Source of the DNA: Nanobdellota archaeon
GTDB lineage: Archaea > Nanobdellota > Nanobdellia > Parvarchaeales > Parvarchaeaceae
DNA: 64,000 bases
Direction: 5' to 3'
Assembly: GCA_021818905.1 (NCBI GenBank)
Contig: JAKASS010000004.1
Span: 25-64,024 of the forward strand
The notes beneath the pieces were generated by a model that saw only the letters and a list, made by a program, of their open reading frames with translations, was not told the DNA's origin and searched no databases. A program made the position numbers and the translations under genes. Shown here in pieces: positions 10,155-20,456 of this stretch (within the stretch, counting starts at the first letter, position 1; the number at the start of each line of letters is the position of its first letter).

Positions 10155-11410
10155 TTTTCTACGTCGCTTACTTTCTTTCTTTGTTTGACGCTTTTAGGCG
10201 GCGTTTGTACTTCCAGGTTTCCCCTCTGCATAAACAGCATTACCCACGTTATCGTTATTGTCGATATTATAACCGCGAAAATCACGTCTATAAACCCCAC
10301 ATTCAATATGCCATATGCTATCGGCAAAGTAGCGACAACTGCTGCCGCGGTCCCTCTAGAGACCATGGAAGACGCCAACCTCTTGTCATCCTTAGAAAAT
10401 TCTGATTTGGTGAGCGCCAACTTCGTCCCTACCAGTCTTGCCATCAGCAAAACAAGCGCTATGGCTACGCCAAGTAAGAAATCGTAATAATCGTTCAATA
10501 GTATCAATCCACCGAAATATACAAAGAAGAAAGACATCGTAAAAAAAGTTATCAGGTCATTAAAGCTTTTCGATTTTTCGTTTATCGTGAACGAGGCACT
10601 GTGTCTGTAACGTAAGGCCTTGTATAGGTCCTCGCCGTTTGCTATCACTAGACCGAATATCAAAGCGGAAACCGGACCGCTCCCCCCGATGTCCTGGACG
10701 AGTATGTACAAGACGAAAACCAGTGCGAGAGAAGCTACATACGAGTAAGCGTAGCGGTTCCTCTGGAGATAGCTCATCGCCGGGATCCAAGCGATCGCCA
10801 GGGCCGCGCCCAACACGATGCCTATAGAAAACTGGGACACTAGCGCGGGCACCAGCGCCCCTATCTGATAATTATTTAACAATACCGCCCCGATTATAAC
10901 AAGGACAAGTATTATGCAAACCGGTTCGGTTATGGCCGATTCTAAATTTATAAGGCCACTTTTTTTGTCTTTCGGTGAATCGACCTTGCTGAGGGATGGG
11001 ATCACCTCCGCGCTTACGCTTCCGACCGCGAAAGCGGTAATTATAGAGACCAACGGGCCGTACCCCAAAAAGTACATCAATGCAAACACAAATCCGGCCG
11101 ACACGGCAAAGTTTACAAAAGCGGATATGGCTGCCCTGTGAACAAGCCCTGCGAGTTTCTTTATCTTAAGGACTAGCCCCGCGTTGAAAAGCAGGATAAG
11201 TATTACCAGCACAGAGATGAAAGGCAATGCGGAAAGCAGGACCGAGATTTTGGCAAGCGAAAAAATGGGTACTAATAGTATCCCAAACACCATCAGCCAC
11301 ACCATATAAGGTATTGACGTCTTCTTTGCTATGGCCCTGCCTATAAAACCTATGAGCAATATGGCGGCCGCGCCAAGCATAAAAAAATTTAATTCTGTAT
11401 AGTCCAACAT
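10145..11410 (-). CDS. Cation:proton antiporter (CPA1/NhaP-type), tandem paralog
   Basis: 421 aa, polytopic. Overlaps the downstream paralog by 10 bp. Confidence 0.65.
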   Translation of the reverse strand: MLDYTELNFFMLGAAAILLIGFIGRAIAKKTSIPYMVWLMVFGILLVPIFSLAKISVLLSALPFISVLVILILLFNAGLVLKIKKLAGLVHRAAISAFVNFAVSAGFVFALMYFLGYGPLVSIITAFAVGSVSAEVIPSLSKVDSPKDKKSGLINLESAITEPVCIILVLVIIGAVLLNNYQIGALVPALVSQFSIGIVLGAALAIAWIPAMSYLQRNRYAYSYVASLALVFVLYILVQDIGGSGPVSALIFGLVIANGEDLYKALRYRHSASFTINEKSKSFNDLITFFTMSFFFVYFGGLILLNDYYDFLLGVAIALVLLMARLVGTKLALTKSEFSKDDKRLASSMVSRGTAAAVVATLPIAYGILNVGFIDVIFAVIISTITITWVMLFMQRGNLEVQTPPKSVKQRKKVSDVEKWV

Positions 11411-11519
11411 AGTTAAAAGTGTCTTTTATATCTTAAATATATGCCGCTTATTTTTCAAATCAATCGAAAATCTTTTAATAGTTTGAGGTTTAATTTTACT
11501 ATAGAATACCGCCTTTATA

Positions 11520-13259
11520 ATGGAAACTTTGGACTTTGACTTAATAATATTAGGCAGCGGCATAGCCGGCCTGACGGCAGCCATACACACTACCAACGCG
11601 AGTAAAGGGAACGTAAAGATTGCCGTAATAACCAAACTTCACGCGATGAGGAGCCACTCGGTTTCTGCCGAAGGCGGCATATCAGGCGTACTGTACCCGG
11701 ACGAAACCCGTGACTCTACCGAGCTGCATGCCTATGACACAATAAAGGGCTCTGATTATCTAGCCGACCAAGATGCCGTGGAAATGCTTGTAAAAAACGC
11801 ACCCACGGAAGTAAGGTTCTTTGACCACATAGGCGTTTCATGGAATCGCGATGACAAAAGCCATATACAGCAAAGGGCATTCGGTGGCATGAGCATACCG
11901 AGGACGGCATTTGCGGCCGATAAAACCGGCTTCTTCATGATGCGCGCCCTTTACGATGAAGTATCCAGCATGAAAAACATCTCGATATTCCACGAACACT
12001 TTGCCTACGGATTATTAATGGATAGAAACAGATTCGTTGGTCTTTCTGTCATTGACTTGGCTACTGGCTCATCAAACATTTTCAAGGCAAAGACCGCAAT
12101 AATAGCTACGGGCGGTGCGTCAAGGCTTTACAGCTTTACGACTACCGCACATTCAACAACGGGAGATGGGATTGCTCTTGTGTACAAAGCCGGTTTGCCT
12201 TTAAAGGACATGGAATTTGTTCAATTTCATCCGACGGCGTTAGTGCCAAATGGTATCCTAATAACTGAAGCTGCAAGAGGGGAAGGCGGATATTTACTTA
12301 ATTCAAAGGGAGAACGTTTCATGGAAAAATACGCAAAAAGCAAGATGGAGCTTGCCCCTAGAGACATCGTTTCGCGTGCGATAATTACCGAGATAAAATC
12401 CGGCAATGGTTTTAAACACGAAGAATCTGGACTCGGATACATAAACCTTGACCTTAGACATCTTGGTGAAAAAATGATAAATGAAAGACTGCCGATGATA
12501 AAAGAGATTGCACAAAAGAGCATCAACTTGGATCCTATCAAGGACTTATTACCCGTAAGGCCCGCCGCCCACTTTACGATGGGCGGGATAAACACTGATA
12601 CCTTTGGAAGAGTACTTGTTGATGAAAATAAAACGCCGGCAAGCGGACTTTGGGCGATAGGCGAATGCGGCTGTGTGAGTGTTCACGGCTCTAATCGTTT
12701 GGGCAGCAATTCATTGAGTCAGTGCTCGGTATGGGGCAGGATAGCCGGCAACGCCGTTGCGAAATACCTAGAAATAAATAAGTCAAGCGTAAGTGTTTCC
12801 AAAGAAGTGGCAGCATCCGAAGAGCGAAAGATACTAGACTTATTTAATAGAAAAGGCAGCACTAATCCGTATTTTGTCAAATCCGAACTTCAAAAAACTA
12901 TGGATGAAAATCTATACGTTTATAGAAACAGAGAAGACATGATGAAGGCACGAAGACGGATAGCCGATCTAAAGGAAGCTTTCAAAGATGTTTATGTCCA
13001 GGACAAAGGTAAAATCTTCAATACGAACCTACGCGATGTGCTGGAGATAGAAAATTTACTCGAACTTGCTGAAGCTGTGACTATATGCGCAATAAACAGG
13101 AAAGAGAGCCGTGGGGCACACGCCGTCGTTGAATATCCAAACAGAGATGACGTAAGCTGGTTAAAACATACCATAATATACAGGACTGCAAGAGGCACTG
13201 GAATCAGTTATGCGCCGGTAAAAATAACGAACTGGAAGCCGGAGCCCAGGGTCTATTGA
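11520..13259 (+). CDS. sdhA: Succinate dehydrogenase / fumarate reductase flavoprotein subunit
   Basis: 579 aa. N-terminal FAD-binding 'DLIILGSGIAGLTAA', the covalent-FAD His region 'RSHSVSAEGG' and 'HFTMGGI'. Confidence 0.9.
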   Translation: METLDFDLIILGSGIAGLTAAIHTTNASKGNVKIAVITKLHAMRSHSVSAEGGISGVLYPDETRDSTELHAYDTIKGSDYLADQDAVEMLVKNAPTEVRFFDHIGVSWNRDDKSHIQQRAFGGMSIPRTAFAADKTGFFMMRALYDEVSSMKNISIFHEHFAYGLLMDRNRFVGLSVIDLATGSSNIFKAKTAIIATGGASRLYSFTTTAHSTTGDGIALVYKAGLPLKDMEFVQFHPTALVPNGILITEAARGEGGYLLNSKGERFMEKYAKSKMELAPRDIVSRAIITEIKSGNGFKHEESGLGYINLDLRHLGEKMINERLPMIKEIAQKSINLDPIKDLLPVRPAAHFTMGGINTDTFGRVLVDENKTPASGLWAIGECGCVSVHGSNRLGSNSLSQCSVWGRIAGNAVAKYLEINKSSVSVSKEVAASEERKILDLFNRKGSTNPYFVKSELQKTMDENLYVYRNREDMMKARRRIADLKEAFKDVYVQDKGKIFNTNLRDVLEIENLLELAEAVTICAINRKESRGAHAVVEYPNRDDVSWLKHTIIYRTARGTGISYAPVKITNWKPEPRVY

Positions 13260-13260
13260 A

Positions 13261-13674
13261 ATGGAAAACAAGGTTACCTATGACGTAAGAGGAAGTCAAA
13301 CAAATCTAAAAAGACAACTTTCATTCAATCAAGAAGGTTTTATTCACATGGTTTTTTACAGGGGCCTGATAATAGTTTCTATGATCTCCTTCTTAGTTTT
13401 TCTGCTTAGCTTTTGGTTCGCATGGATGTCCCAAGCCATTGGATACCTAATCCTAATTATTTGGATACTTTTCATACCCCAGGTCTTCTCTTTCCTTAAA
13501 GGCATCTCAATGATTGGCAGCAAAGGGCTAGAGTTTGGGCACCTTAATGAGTCGTACGCTTCCACTTTGAAAGTAAATCATAATGTTCTTTTTATGTATA
13601 AATTGGTCCCATACATAACAACTGGGATTTTCGTCTTCGGGCTAGGATTGTTTATTTTCGGGGTGTTGCTATGA
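13261..13674 (+). CDS. Small hydrophobic protein, putative SDH membrane anchor subunit
   Basis: 137 aa with 3-4 TM helices. It lies between sdhA and sdhB and overlaps sdhB by 4 bp (ATGA). Confidence 0.45.
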   Translation: MENKVTYDVRGSQTNLKRQLSFNQEGFIHMVFYRGLIIVSMISFLVFLLSFWFAWMSQAIGYLILIIWILFIPQVFSFLKGISMIGSKGLEFGHLNESYASTLKVNHNVLFMYKLVPYITTGIFVFGLGLFIFGVLL

Positions 13675-14684
13675 AAGAATCCTGGATCTCATTACCGACG
13701 ATATACATGCCAATGGTCGGAGTTCCGATACTGCTTTTCGCATATACGCTTTCTGTTTTAGCCGGTTTGCATTCTATCGATAGAATATTGCTCGATCTTT
13801 CTATGGTGGGCTTGTTAGTATTTGGTGTTTCGGGGTTCAGGGACGTCTATATAAAGCACTGGAAGGGAAAACGTACAAAATTGAGGCCAGCCGTGGTCTT
13901 AAACAAAGAAAACCAAGAGAACGCTGGGAAAGCTGACGCTGGTGCGAGGACGGTAAAGTTCAATGTAAAAAGGTTTAATCCGGACACGCAAAGACTTGAA
14001 GAATCGATTTATAACGTAGAAACCGACGCGTTCTCGAACGTGCTTGATGGACTTTTAAAAATAAAGACGAAAACCGACCCGACCTTGTCGATGAGATACA
14101 GCTGTAGGATGGGGATCTGTGGCTCTTGTGGTATGGTCATAAACGACAAGCCGTCGCTTGCGTGCGAGACAAACGTATGGGAAAATATAAAAGACGAAAA
14201 AATAACGGTCGCGCCAATGCTGGGGCACCCATTGCTTAAAGACCTTGTGACCGACTTCGATGATTTCTTCGAGAAGCATCTTTTTGTAAATCCTTATCTA
14301 TTCAGAAACGATTTGGGGGAAAAATATCACCCGACCCAGCAATACAATCAAACAAAAGAACAGCTTGACAAGTTCCTTCCCTTCTCAGACTGCATAATGT
14401 GCGGACTATGTTTAGATGCTTGTCCAGTTGTCAACACTAACCAAGAGTTTATAGGGCCCCAGGCATTGTCACAAGCTTACAGGTACTATGCCGATTCTAG
14501 AGACGAAGCTGGGAAAGCCAGACTTGACCACATAGACCTGCTTAAAGGAGTCTGGGGCTGCGAATTTGCCGCATCGTGTTCGGACGTATGTCCAAAAGGA
14601 GTCGACCCGGCGTTTGCGATACAATTGCTTAAGACTGAGATAATAAAAAACGACTTGATTAAAAGTAAAGAAAGCAAGAGTTGA
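13671..14684 (+). CDS. sdhB: Succinate dehydrogenase iron-sulfur subunit with N-terminal transmembrane extension
   Basis: The 2Fe-2S motif 'CRMGICGSCGM' and the 4Fe-4S motifs 'CIMCGLCLDACP' and 'CSDVCPKGVDP' are present. Residues 1-~60 of the 337-aa ORF form two hydrophobic helices that are not typical of SdhB. Confidence 0.8.
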   Translation: MKESWISLPTIYMPMVGVPILLFAYTLSVLAGLHSIDRILLDLSMVGLLVFGVSGFRDVYIKHWKGKRTKLRPAVVLNKENQENAGKADAGARTVKFNVKRFNPDTQRLEESIYNVETDAFSNVLDGLLKIKTKTDPTLSMRYSCRMGICGSCGMVINDKPSLACETNVWENIKDEKITVAPMLGHPLLKDLVTDFDDFFEKHLFVNPYLFRNDLGEKYHPTQQYNQTKEQLDKFLPFSDCIMCGLCLDACPVVNTNQEFIGPQALSQAYRYYADSRDEAGKARLDHIDLLKGVWGCEFAASCSDVCPKGVDPAFAIQLLKTEIIKNDLIKSKESKS

Positions 14685-16060
14685 ACATGTTAAACGAGGA
14701 CACGGTAAAGTTTTTTGCGTCGAACGTAAAAAGCGGTTTCTATGGCGACATACGGCTAAACGAAAGTGAAGGCACGCGTTTTGTCATAGAAAATGGCAAG
14801 GTCAGAAGGGTTTCGCAGACTAGCGACTCTGGTTTTGGGCTTCGGATAATGAAAGATGGTGTATGGGGCTTTGCGTCATCTAATAAACTGTCAAAAAAGT
14901 CAATAAAAAATGCGCTTGCTTCCGCGTGTTCGTACGTAAATTCAAGGACAAAATCAAGGATAAGATTTGAAATAAGCCCCGAAATGAACACTGCAAACGT
15001 TAAAGTCCCTTGGCAAAAGGACGTAAGAGACATAGAACTATCTGAAAAACTGGCTTTAGTTAAGGCGGCTGATAGAGCTGCGAGAGGAAAAGAGACCGTA
15101 TCTACGTTGTCAGCATACAGCGATATGGTCATTCATTGGATTCAAGGTAGCACCCTTGGCAACATCTTATCTTTCTACGAATCTTATCCCAGCCTTGGGG
15201 TTTCATCATTTGTAAAAGACTCTGCTGGGATCCAATCGGTCAGAAAAACTTTGGGTGGGAACTGCGGTTTTGAGATATTTAAACGCGGTTCTGCCGAGAA
15301 ACTCGGAGAAACTGTTCTTGAAGAGGCGAAAAACCTTGTAGGCGCTAAGGTAGTTAATGGGGGGAAGTACGATGTAGTGCTGGACCCGTCAATGACTGGG
15401 GTGTACACCCATGAGGCATTCGGCCATGCGACGGAAGCGGATGGCATACTTGCAGGCGCGTCGGTTCTCGAAGGCAAATTAGGAAAAGTTGTGGGTAAAG
15501 ACACGGTGACTATAATAGATGACCCAACTATGCCAGGGGAACGTGGCTCATTTAAATTTGACCAAGAAGGTACAAAGGCAAAGAGACGCGTGCTCGTGGA
15601 GAACGGCGTATTAAAGAATTATCTGAATACGCTTGAAACTTCAAACAGGCTTAGACTAGGGCCTAATGGCGCCGCTAGAAGCATGGATTATTCTTGCAGG
15701 CCTATCGCTAGGATGTCTAATACATTCATAAAGCCAGGGGATTTCAAAGACGACATATATGAAGACATAAATGAAGGAATCGCATTCTACGGCTTTCAAT
15801 ATGGGTATGTGGATCCGGCCAGCGGAAAGTTCATGTTCAAATCACAATATGGTAGGATGATACGAAACGGAAAATTAGCAGAATTTATAAGAGACGCCGC
15901 ACTTACTGGCTCCACGCTTGAGATCCTGAACAGGATCGATGCGATAGGAAAAGATTTTTCCCTTGATGGCGGGACTTGCGGCAAAGAGGGACAATGGGTT
16001 CCGGTAACAAGCGGCGGACCAAGTATACGTGTAAGGCAGGTGGTGGTCGGTGGACAGTGA
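14681..16060 (+). CDS. tldD: TldD-family metalloprotease (peptidase U62)
   Basis: 459 aa. 'HEAFGHATEADG' is an HExxxH motif. The gene is paired with a second U62 paralog. Confidence 0.8.
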   Translation: MNMLNEDTVKFFASNVKSGFYGDIRLNESEGTRFVIENGKVRRVSQTSDSGFGLRIMKDGVWGFASSNKLSKKSIKNALASACSYVNSRTKSRIRFEISPEMNTANVKVPWQKDVRDIELSEKLALVKAADRAARGKETVSTLSAYSDMVIHWIQGSTLGNILSFYESYPSLGVSSFVKDSAGIQSVRKTLGGNCGFEIFKRGSAEKLGETVLEEAKNLVGAKVVNGGKYDVVLDPSMTGVYTHEAFGHATEADGILAGASVLEGKLGKVVGKDTVTIIDDPTMPGERGSFKFDQEGTKAKRRVLVENGVLKNYLNTLETSNRLRLGPNGAARSMDYSCRPIARMSNTFIKPGDFKDDIYEDINEGIAFYGFQYGYVDPASGKFMFKSQYGRMIRNGKLAEFIRDAALTGSTLEILNRIDAIGKDFSLDGGTCGKEGQWVPVTSGGPSIRVRQVVVGGQ

Positions 16061-17363
16061 AAGCATACTAAGAGTGATAAGGGGGACAAAATTGGATGCG
16101 GGACTTGATATTCGGATTACCGAGGACCATTCAAGCTCATTGAGCATAGAACGCGGGGAATTTATGGGGGGGCAGGCAGACATAGAGAAGGAAGCAACTA
16201 TAAGATGCATCTATAAAGACAAAAGTTCTTTAGTGCATTTATCAATAAATTCAATAGAAGATCTGAACCTTGGCGTGGCAAGAGCATACAAATTAGCCAA
16301 AACCATTGGATCTGAAGACGGGCAATCAACGTTCTCTGTACAGAAACACATAAATAAACCCAATCCTTTAAGTAAAAGAATAGATAAAGTAAAAAATTCG
16401 GACATTCTTTCAAGAATGCTTTCTGCACAAAAAGAAGTATCTAAGTTGGGACACATCCATTCTGTAAATATATTTTCTGGTCATTCACACACAAATCTTT
16501 ACGCCGCAAACAGCAATGGAATAAACGGAGACTGGGAAGGAAGCTCCGCTTTCCTCAGAGCGGAGGTCATAGCCAAAGACGGCACTGAACAGACCACCGG
16601 TTCTAAAGGCGCCGAAAGTCTTGACCCATATGGAATAGATTTTGATGATGTAGTAATAAAAGCTTCTAATACGGCTAGAGGAATGCTTGGCGCGAAATCA
16701 GCCCCTACATTTAAGGGTGATTTGTTACTGAGCCCAGAGGCTGCTAATCTTATATTTGGCAAATTCGTTTCTGCCATGAACGGGGAAGACATACTAAAAA
16801 AGAGAAGTTTTCTTACCGGCAGAAAAGGCCATGCCGTCGCCTCGAAATTGATAAAACTGCGAGAAGAAAACTGGTTGAAAAGAAGCCCTCGCAATCGCCA
16901 ATTTGACGATGAATTAATCCCTACTTCTTCCAAGGATTTGGTGTCTGATGGATTGCTAAGGACTTATCTACACAATATATACAGCGCAGAAAAAACGGGG
17001 GAAAGGCCGACTGGAAACGGATTCTTCGGCTTAGACGGTTCATCAATAGATACTACAAATGTTGTCTTAAAGGCGGGCAATGTAAAAACTGAAGACTTAA
17101 TATCGCGGATTAAAAGAGGAATTTACATGCTCGAGACTGGCGATTCGCCAAATATGGCTACGGGGGATTTATCTGCTATGGTAATGAATGGCTATTACAT
17201 CAAGGATGGAGAAATAAAATATCCAGTGAAGGAAACTATGGTCGGGGTAAACATGATAGACTTGATGAAAAACGTTAGCGTTTTAGGATCAGAATATATC
17301 GGTTTGGACGGAGTTTTTACGCCGGCTTTACTTGTAAACAACGTACAAATCTCCGGAAAATAA
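16050..17363 (+). CDS. pmbA: PmbA/TldE-family protein (peptidase U62 partner)
   Basis: 437-aa paralog immediately downstream of tldD with an 11-bp overlap. Confidence 0.7.
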   Translation: MDSESILRVIRGTKLDAGLDIRITEDHSSSLSIERGEFMGGQADIEKEATIRCIYKDKSSLVHLSINSIEDLNLGVARAYKLAKTIGSEDGQSTFSVQKHINKPNPLSKRIDKVKNSDILSRMLSAQKEVSKLGHIHSVNIFSGHSHTNLYAANSNGINGDWEGSSAFLRAEVIAKDGTEQTTGSKGAESLDPYGIDFDDVVIKASNTARGMLGAKSAPTFKGDLLLSPEAANLIFGKFVSAMNGEDILKKRSFLTGRKGHAVASKLIKLREENWLKRSPRNRQFDDELIPTSSKDLVSDGLLRTYLHNIYSAEKTGERPTGNGFFGLDGSSIDTTNVVLKAGNVKTEDLISRIKRGIYMLETGDSPNMATGDLSAMVMNGYYIKDGEIKYPVKETMVGVNMIDLMKNVSVLGSEYIGLDGVFTPALLVNNVQISGK

Positions 17364-17574
17364 TATTTAAAATCTGCTTAGCAGAAGAAATAGGAAAAAG
17401 AAGAAATAGGAAAATCTACACGGCGTAAATATAGAAGAAGTAAAAATGGAAACAACAGTATTTGATACAAATGTTAATCTAGACAGATGGTGGATTTGCC
17501 CACGTACTACTGGCTGCAAAAATATGCGCTGAAGAGAACGTTTCCAGATAAAATTCATTTAGGACATCTCTTTT

Positions 17575-17953
17575 TTATGAATTCCACCCTTTCCTCGGGA
17601 GTCATCACCGGCACTCTTATCGACTTGTATCCAAAGCTAGCATAAGCCCCATAAAGAAGCTCCTGCTGTACGTGGAAGACTTCCGCGTGCATAGTTCGAA
17701 GAAGATAAAGCGCTTCCTAAAGCGGCATCCCGACCTCAAAGTAAGGTTCTTTCCCCCTTATTCTCCATGGCTTAATCCCCAGGAATACTGGTGGAACCAT
17801 ATCCGCAGGAAGCTGCTTGACAACCGCTTCTTCCGATCCGCAAGGCAGATGGCCTTTGCTATGGCAAGGTTCGTAAACTCCGTGCCTCCAGAAGAAGTGA
17901 TGAGCATATGCTCGCTGAACCCCCTTAGAAAGACATTAAAGGACGGAGTGTAG
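17575..17953 (+). pseudogene. IS630/Tc1-mariner family transposase remnant (C-terminal DDE part, frameshifted)
   Basis: The 93-aa ORF contains 'FFPPYSPWLNPQEYWWNHIRRKLLDNRFF', the third catalytic region of IS630/Tc1 transposases. The upstream frame reads 'KLLLYVEDFRVHSSKKIKRFLK' with no intact N-terminus, so this is a degraded fragment. Confidence 0.6.
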
Positions 17954-18032
17954 GATTACTTTCGAGGATTGCTATAACTAAGAAATTTAGTGATTAAAAC
18001 AAGAATTTATTTGATTAGGTGCATCCAATAAA

Positions 18033-19136
18033 ATGGTAAACCTCCTTGAATTCCAAGGAAAAGAGATGTTTAGGAAATATAACATACCTGTCCCTAACGG
18101 CAGACTTCTCAAAAGTGAAAATGAAATAAAAAAGCTTGACGATCCTTCTGTTCTAAAAGTGCAGGTACCTACCGGTCATAGGGGCAAATCTGGCGGGATT
18201 TCGATAGTTAAGACCTTGACTGAAGCGTGTAAGGCGCTCGAAAACATGCAGAAAATGAGCTTTGACGGCTTTTCGCCAAAGGGGTTCCTTTTGGAAGACA
18301 TGGTAAAACATACATCAGAAATATACATAAGCATAAGTCTTGACAGGGGCCGACGCTCGCCGGTGTTGATAGCATCCTCGCGGGGCGGTGTCGACATAGA
18401 AAATGTTCCTAAGGGCAAGATAGTTACGTTTAATCTAAACCAGTTGATAGGAATACCAAACTATGTCAAGCGCCAATTGCTTAAAGATTTAGGCCTAAAG
18501 GAAACTTTGAGTGGAGAATTGTATAGCTTAATCGATCGCTTGTGGTCGCTTTACAAGAACGAGGACGCCGAATTAGTCGAAATAAATCCTTTGGCAGTTA
18601 CGGAGAACGGGTTAATTGCTTTAGACTCAAAAATCTCTATAGACGATGATTCGTTATTCAGGCATAAAGAGCTAAGTCCGGACCTTGGGACAGACCCGCT
18701 TGAAATCAAAGCCAAGAAAGAGGGAATAGCTTTTGTAAGGTTAGACGGTGATATAGGTCTTATAGCAAATGGTGCGGGGCTTACCATGGCAACTATAGAC
18801 CAAATCGCGCTTCTTGGCGGCAAAGCTGGAGACTTCCTTGATCTAGGCGGAACCGATGACCCTGCAAAAGTCGCAAAGGCCATAGAACTTGTAGCAGAAT
18901 CCAATCCAAAAACCGTTCTAATAAACGTATTTGGGGGCGTAACAAAGGCAGACACTGTCGCGAACGGCATAGTCTTGGCGGTGAAAGCAATAAAACCAAG
19001 ATTCAAAATATTCGTAAGGCTCAATGGATTCAACGCGGAAAAGGGCAAGAAGTTACTGACGGCTAATGGAATAAAGGCGTTCAGCGAAATGGGAGAAGCT
19101 GTAAGTGCCGTTGTGCTCGCTTCAAAAAAGGTGTAA
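18033..19136 (+). CDS. sucC: Succinyl-CoA synthetase beta subunit (ADP-forming)
   Basis: 367 aa with the ATP-grasp N-terminus 'MVNLLEFQGKEMFRKYNIPVPNG'. Immediately followed by sucD. Confidence 0.9.
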   Translation: MVNLLEFQGKEMFRKYNIPVPNGRLLKSENEIKKLDDPSVLKVQVPTGHRGKSGGISIVKTLTEACKALENMQKMSFDGFSPKGFLLEDMVKHTSEIYISISLDRGRRSPVLIASSRGGVDIENVPKGKIVTFNLNQLIGIPNYVKRQLLKDLGLKETLSGELYSLIDRLWSLYKNEDAELVEINPLAVTENGLIALDSKISIDDDSLFRHKELSPDLGTDPLEIKAKKEGIAFVRLDGDIGLIANGAGLTMATIDQIALLGGKAGDFLDLGGTDDPAKVAKAIELVAESNPKTVLINVFGGVTKADTVANGIVLAVKAIKPRFKIFVRLNGFNAEKGKKLLTANGIKAFSEMGEAVSAVVLASKKV

Positions 19137-19142
19137 AAATTT

Positions 19143-20015
19143 ATGTCGGTCTTATTAGATAAAAACACGAAAGTGATTGTTCAAGGGATAACCGGGCACC
19201 AAGGGGAGTTCCACACAAAGGCGATGTTAGAGTTGGGTACAAAGATAGTGGCGGGAGTCACCCCTGGAAAAGGTGGCACGATTATATCTGGAATCAAAGT
19301 CTACGACGACGTGAAGACGGCAGTCGATTTTACTGGTGCAAATGCGTCGGTCGTATTCGTGCCCGCGCCGTTCACACGTGATGCAGTATTAGAGGCGATA
19401 GATGCCGGTATAAAACTCCTCGTTATAATAACCGAACACGTCCCATCACATGATATGATAGATCTCTTATTATACGCTAGGATGAATGGCGCTACGATAA
19501 TAGGCCCAAATTGTCCGGGCATCGCGGTCCCTGGCATAGGCAAGCTCGGCATAATCCCTAACTCTGTGCTAAAGAAAGGCAGAATCGGAATAATATCGCG
19601 GAGCGGCACTCTAACCTACGAGATAGTAAACTCTGTAAGCGTGGCCGGCCTTGGAGAAAGCACAGTTATAGGCATGGGCGGCGATAAGGTCCCCGGCACG
19701 GATTTCGTTGATGCTCTGAAGCTTTTCAAAGATGACGGTGATACCGATGCAATAATACTCGTGGGTGAGATAGGCGGGGGTGCTGAAGAAGAAGCCGCCA
19801 CGTTTGTGAAATGGAACATTAAAAAACCGGTAGTAGGCTTTATCGCGGGAATATACGCGCCGTCGGGGAAACGGATGGGACATGCTGGCGCAATTATTTC
19901 GGGCAATACCGGAACCGCCGAAAGCAAGATAAATGCATTTAAGTCTGCTGGGATAGAGGTAGCAAAAAACCCGGACGAAGTTGCAGTTTTACTTAAAAGA
20001 AAAATAAAACGTTGA
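19143..20015 (+). CDS. sucD: Succinyl-CoA synthetase alpha subunit
   Basis: 290 aa. CoA-binding '[11 protein letters not shown]' and the phospho-His loop '[12 protein letters not shown]'. Confidence 0.9.
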   Translation: MSVLLDKNTKVIVQGITGHQGEFHTKAMLELGTKIVAGVTPGKGGTIISGIKVYDDVKTAVDFTGANASVVFVPAPFTRDAVLEAIDAGIKLLVIITEHVPSHDMIDLLLYARMNGATIIGPNCPGIAVPGIGKLGIIPNSVLKKGRIGIISRSGTLTYEIVNSVSVAGLGESTVIGMGGDKVPGTDFVDALKLFKDDGDTDAIILVGEIGGGAEEEAATFVKWNIKKPVVGFIAGIYAPSGKRMGHAGAIISGNTGTAESKINAFKSAGIEVAKNPDEVAVLLKRKIKR

Positions 20016-20140
20016 CGATTCGACAACTGACGTCAACTAAAAACCCAATTTGAAAAATTTAAATAATAGCGACTACAAAATTATAACATGCCTAGCTTAC
20101 CTTAGCATTAAAAACTAGAATAAACTTCGCAACAGGGAAA

Positions 20141-20455
20141 ATGGATGTAAAAGGGCAAAAGCAGTTTGAAACTGAAGTTCTTAAGTCGACCGTTCCAGTT
20201 CTTATAGATTTCTGGGCAACTTGGTGCCCGCCATGCAAAATTTACGGACCTGTAATAGAAGAAGTAGCAAAAGAGAATGAAGGGAAAGTAAAATTAGTCA
20301 AGATAGATGTTGACCAAAACGAAGATATCGCTTCGCATTATGGGATATCGAGTATACCGACTACTTTCCTTGTGGAAAAAGGGAAAGTAAAGGCAAGCTT
20401 CGTCGGTGCGATACCAAAGGACAAACTTAGAAAGTGGCTAACGGAAAATTTATAA
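20141..20455 (+). CDS. trx: Thioredoxin (CPPC active-site variant)
   Basis: 104 aa. 'LIDFWATWCPPCKIYGPV' is the thioredoxin fold signature with CPPC in place of the usual CGPC. Confidence 0.8.
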   Translation: MDVKGQKQFETEVLKSTVPVLIDFWATWCPPCKIYGPVIEEVAKENEGKVKLVKIDVDQNEDIASHYGISSIPTTFLVEKGKVKASFVGAIPKDKLRKWLTENL

Positions 20456-20456
20456 T

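Noticed and set aside
17367-17558. 63-aa minus-strand ORF after pmbA
   Set aside because: Low-complexity (poly-Phe/Leu) translation of an AT-rich intergenic region. No support.
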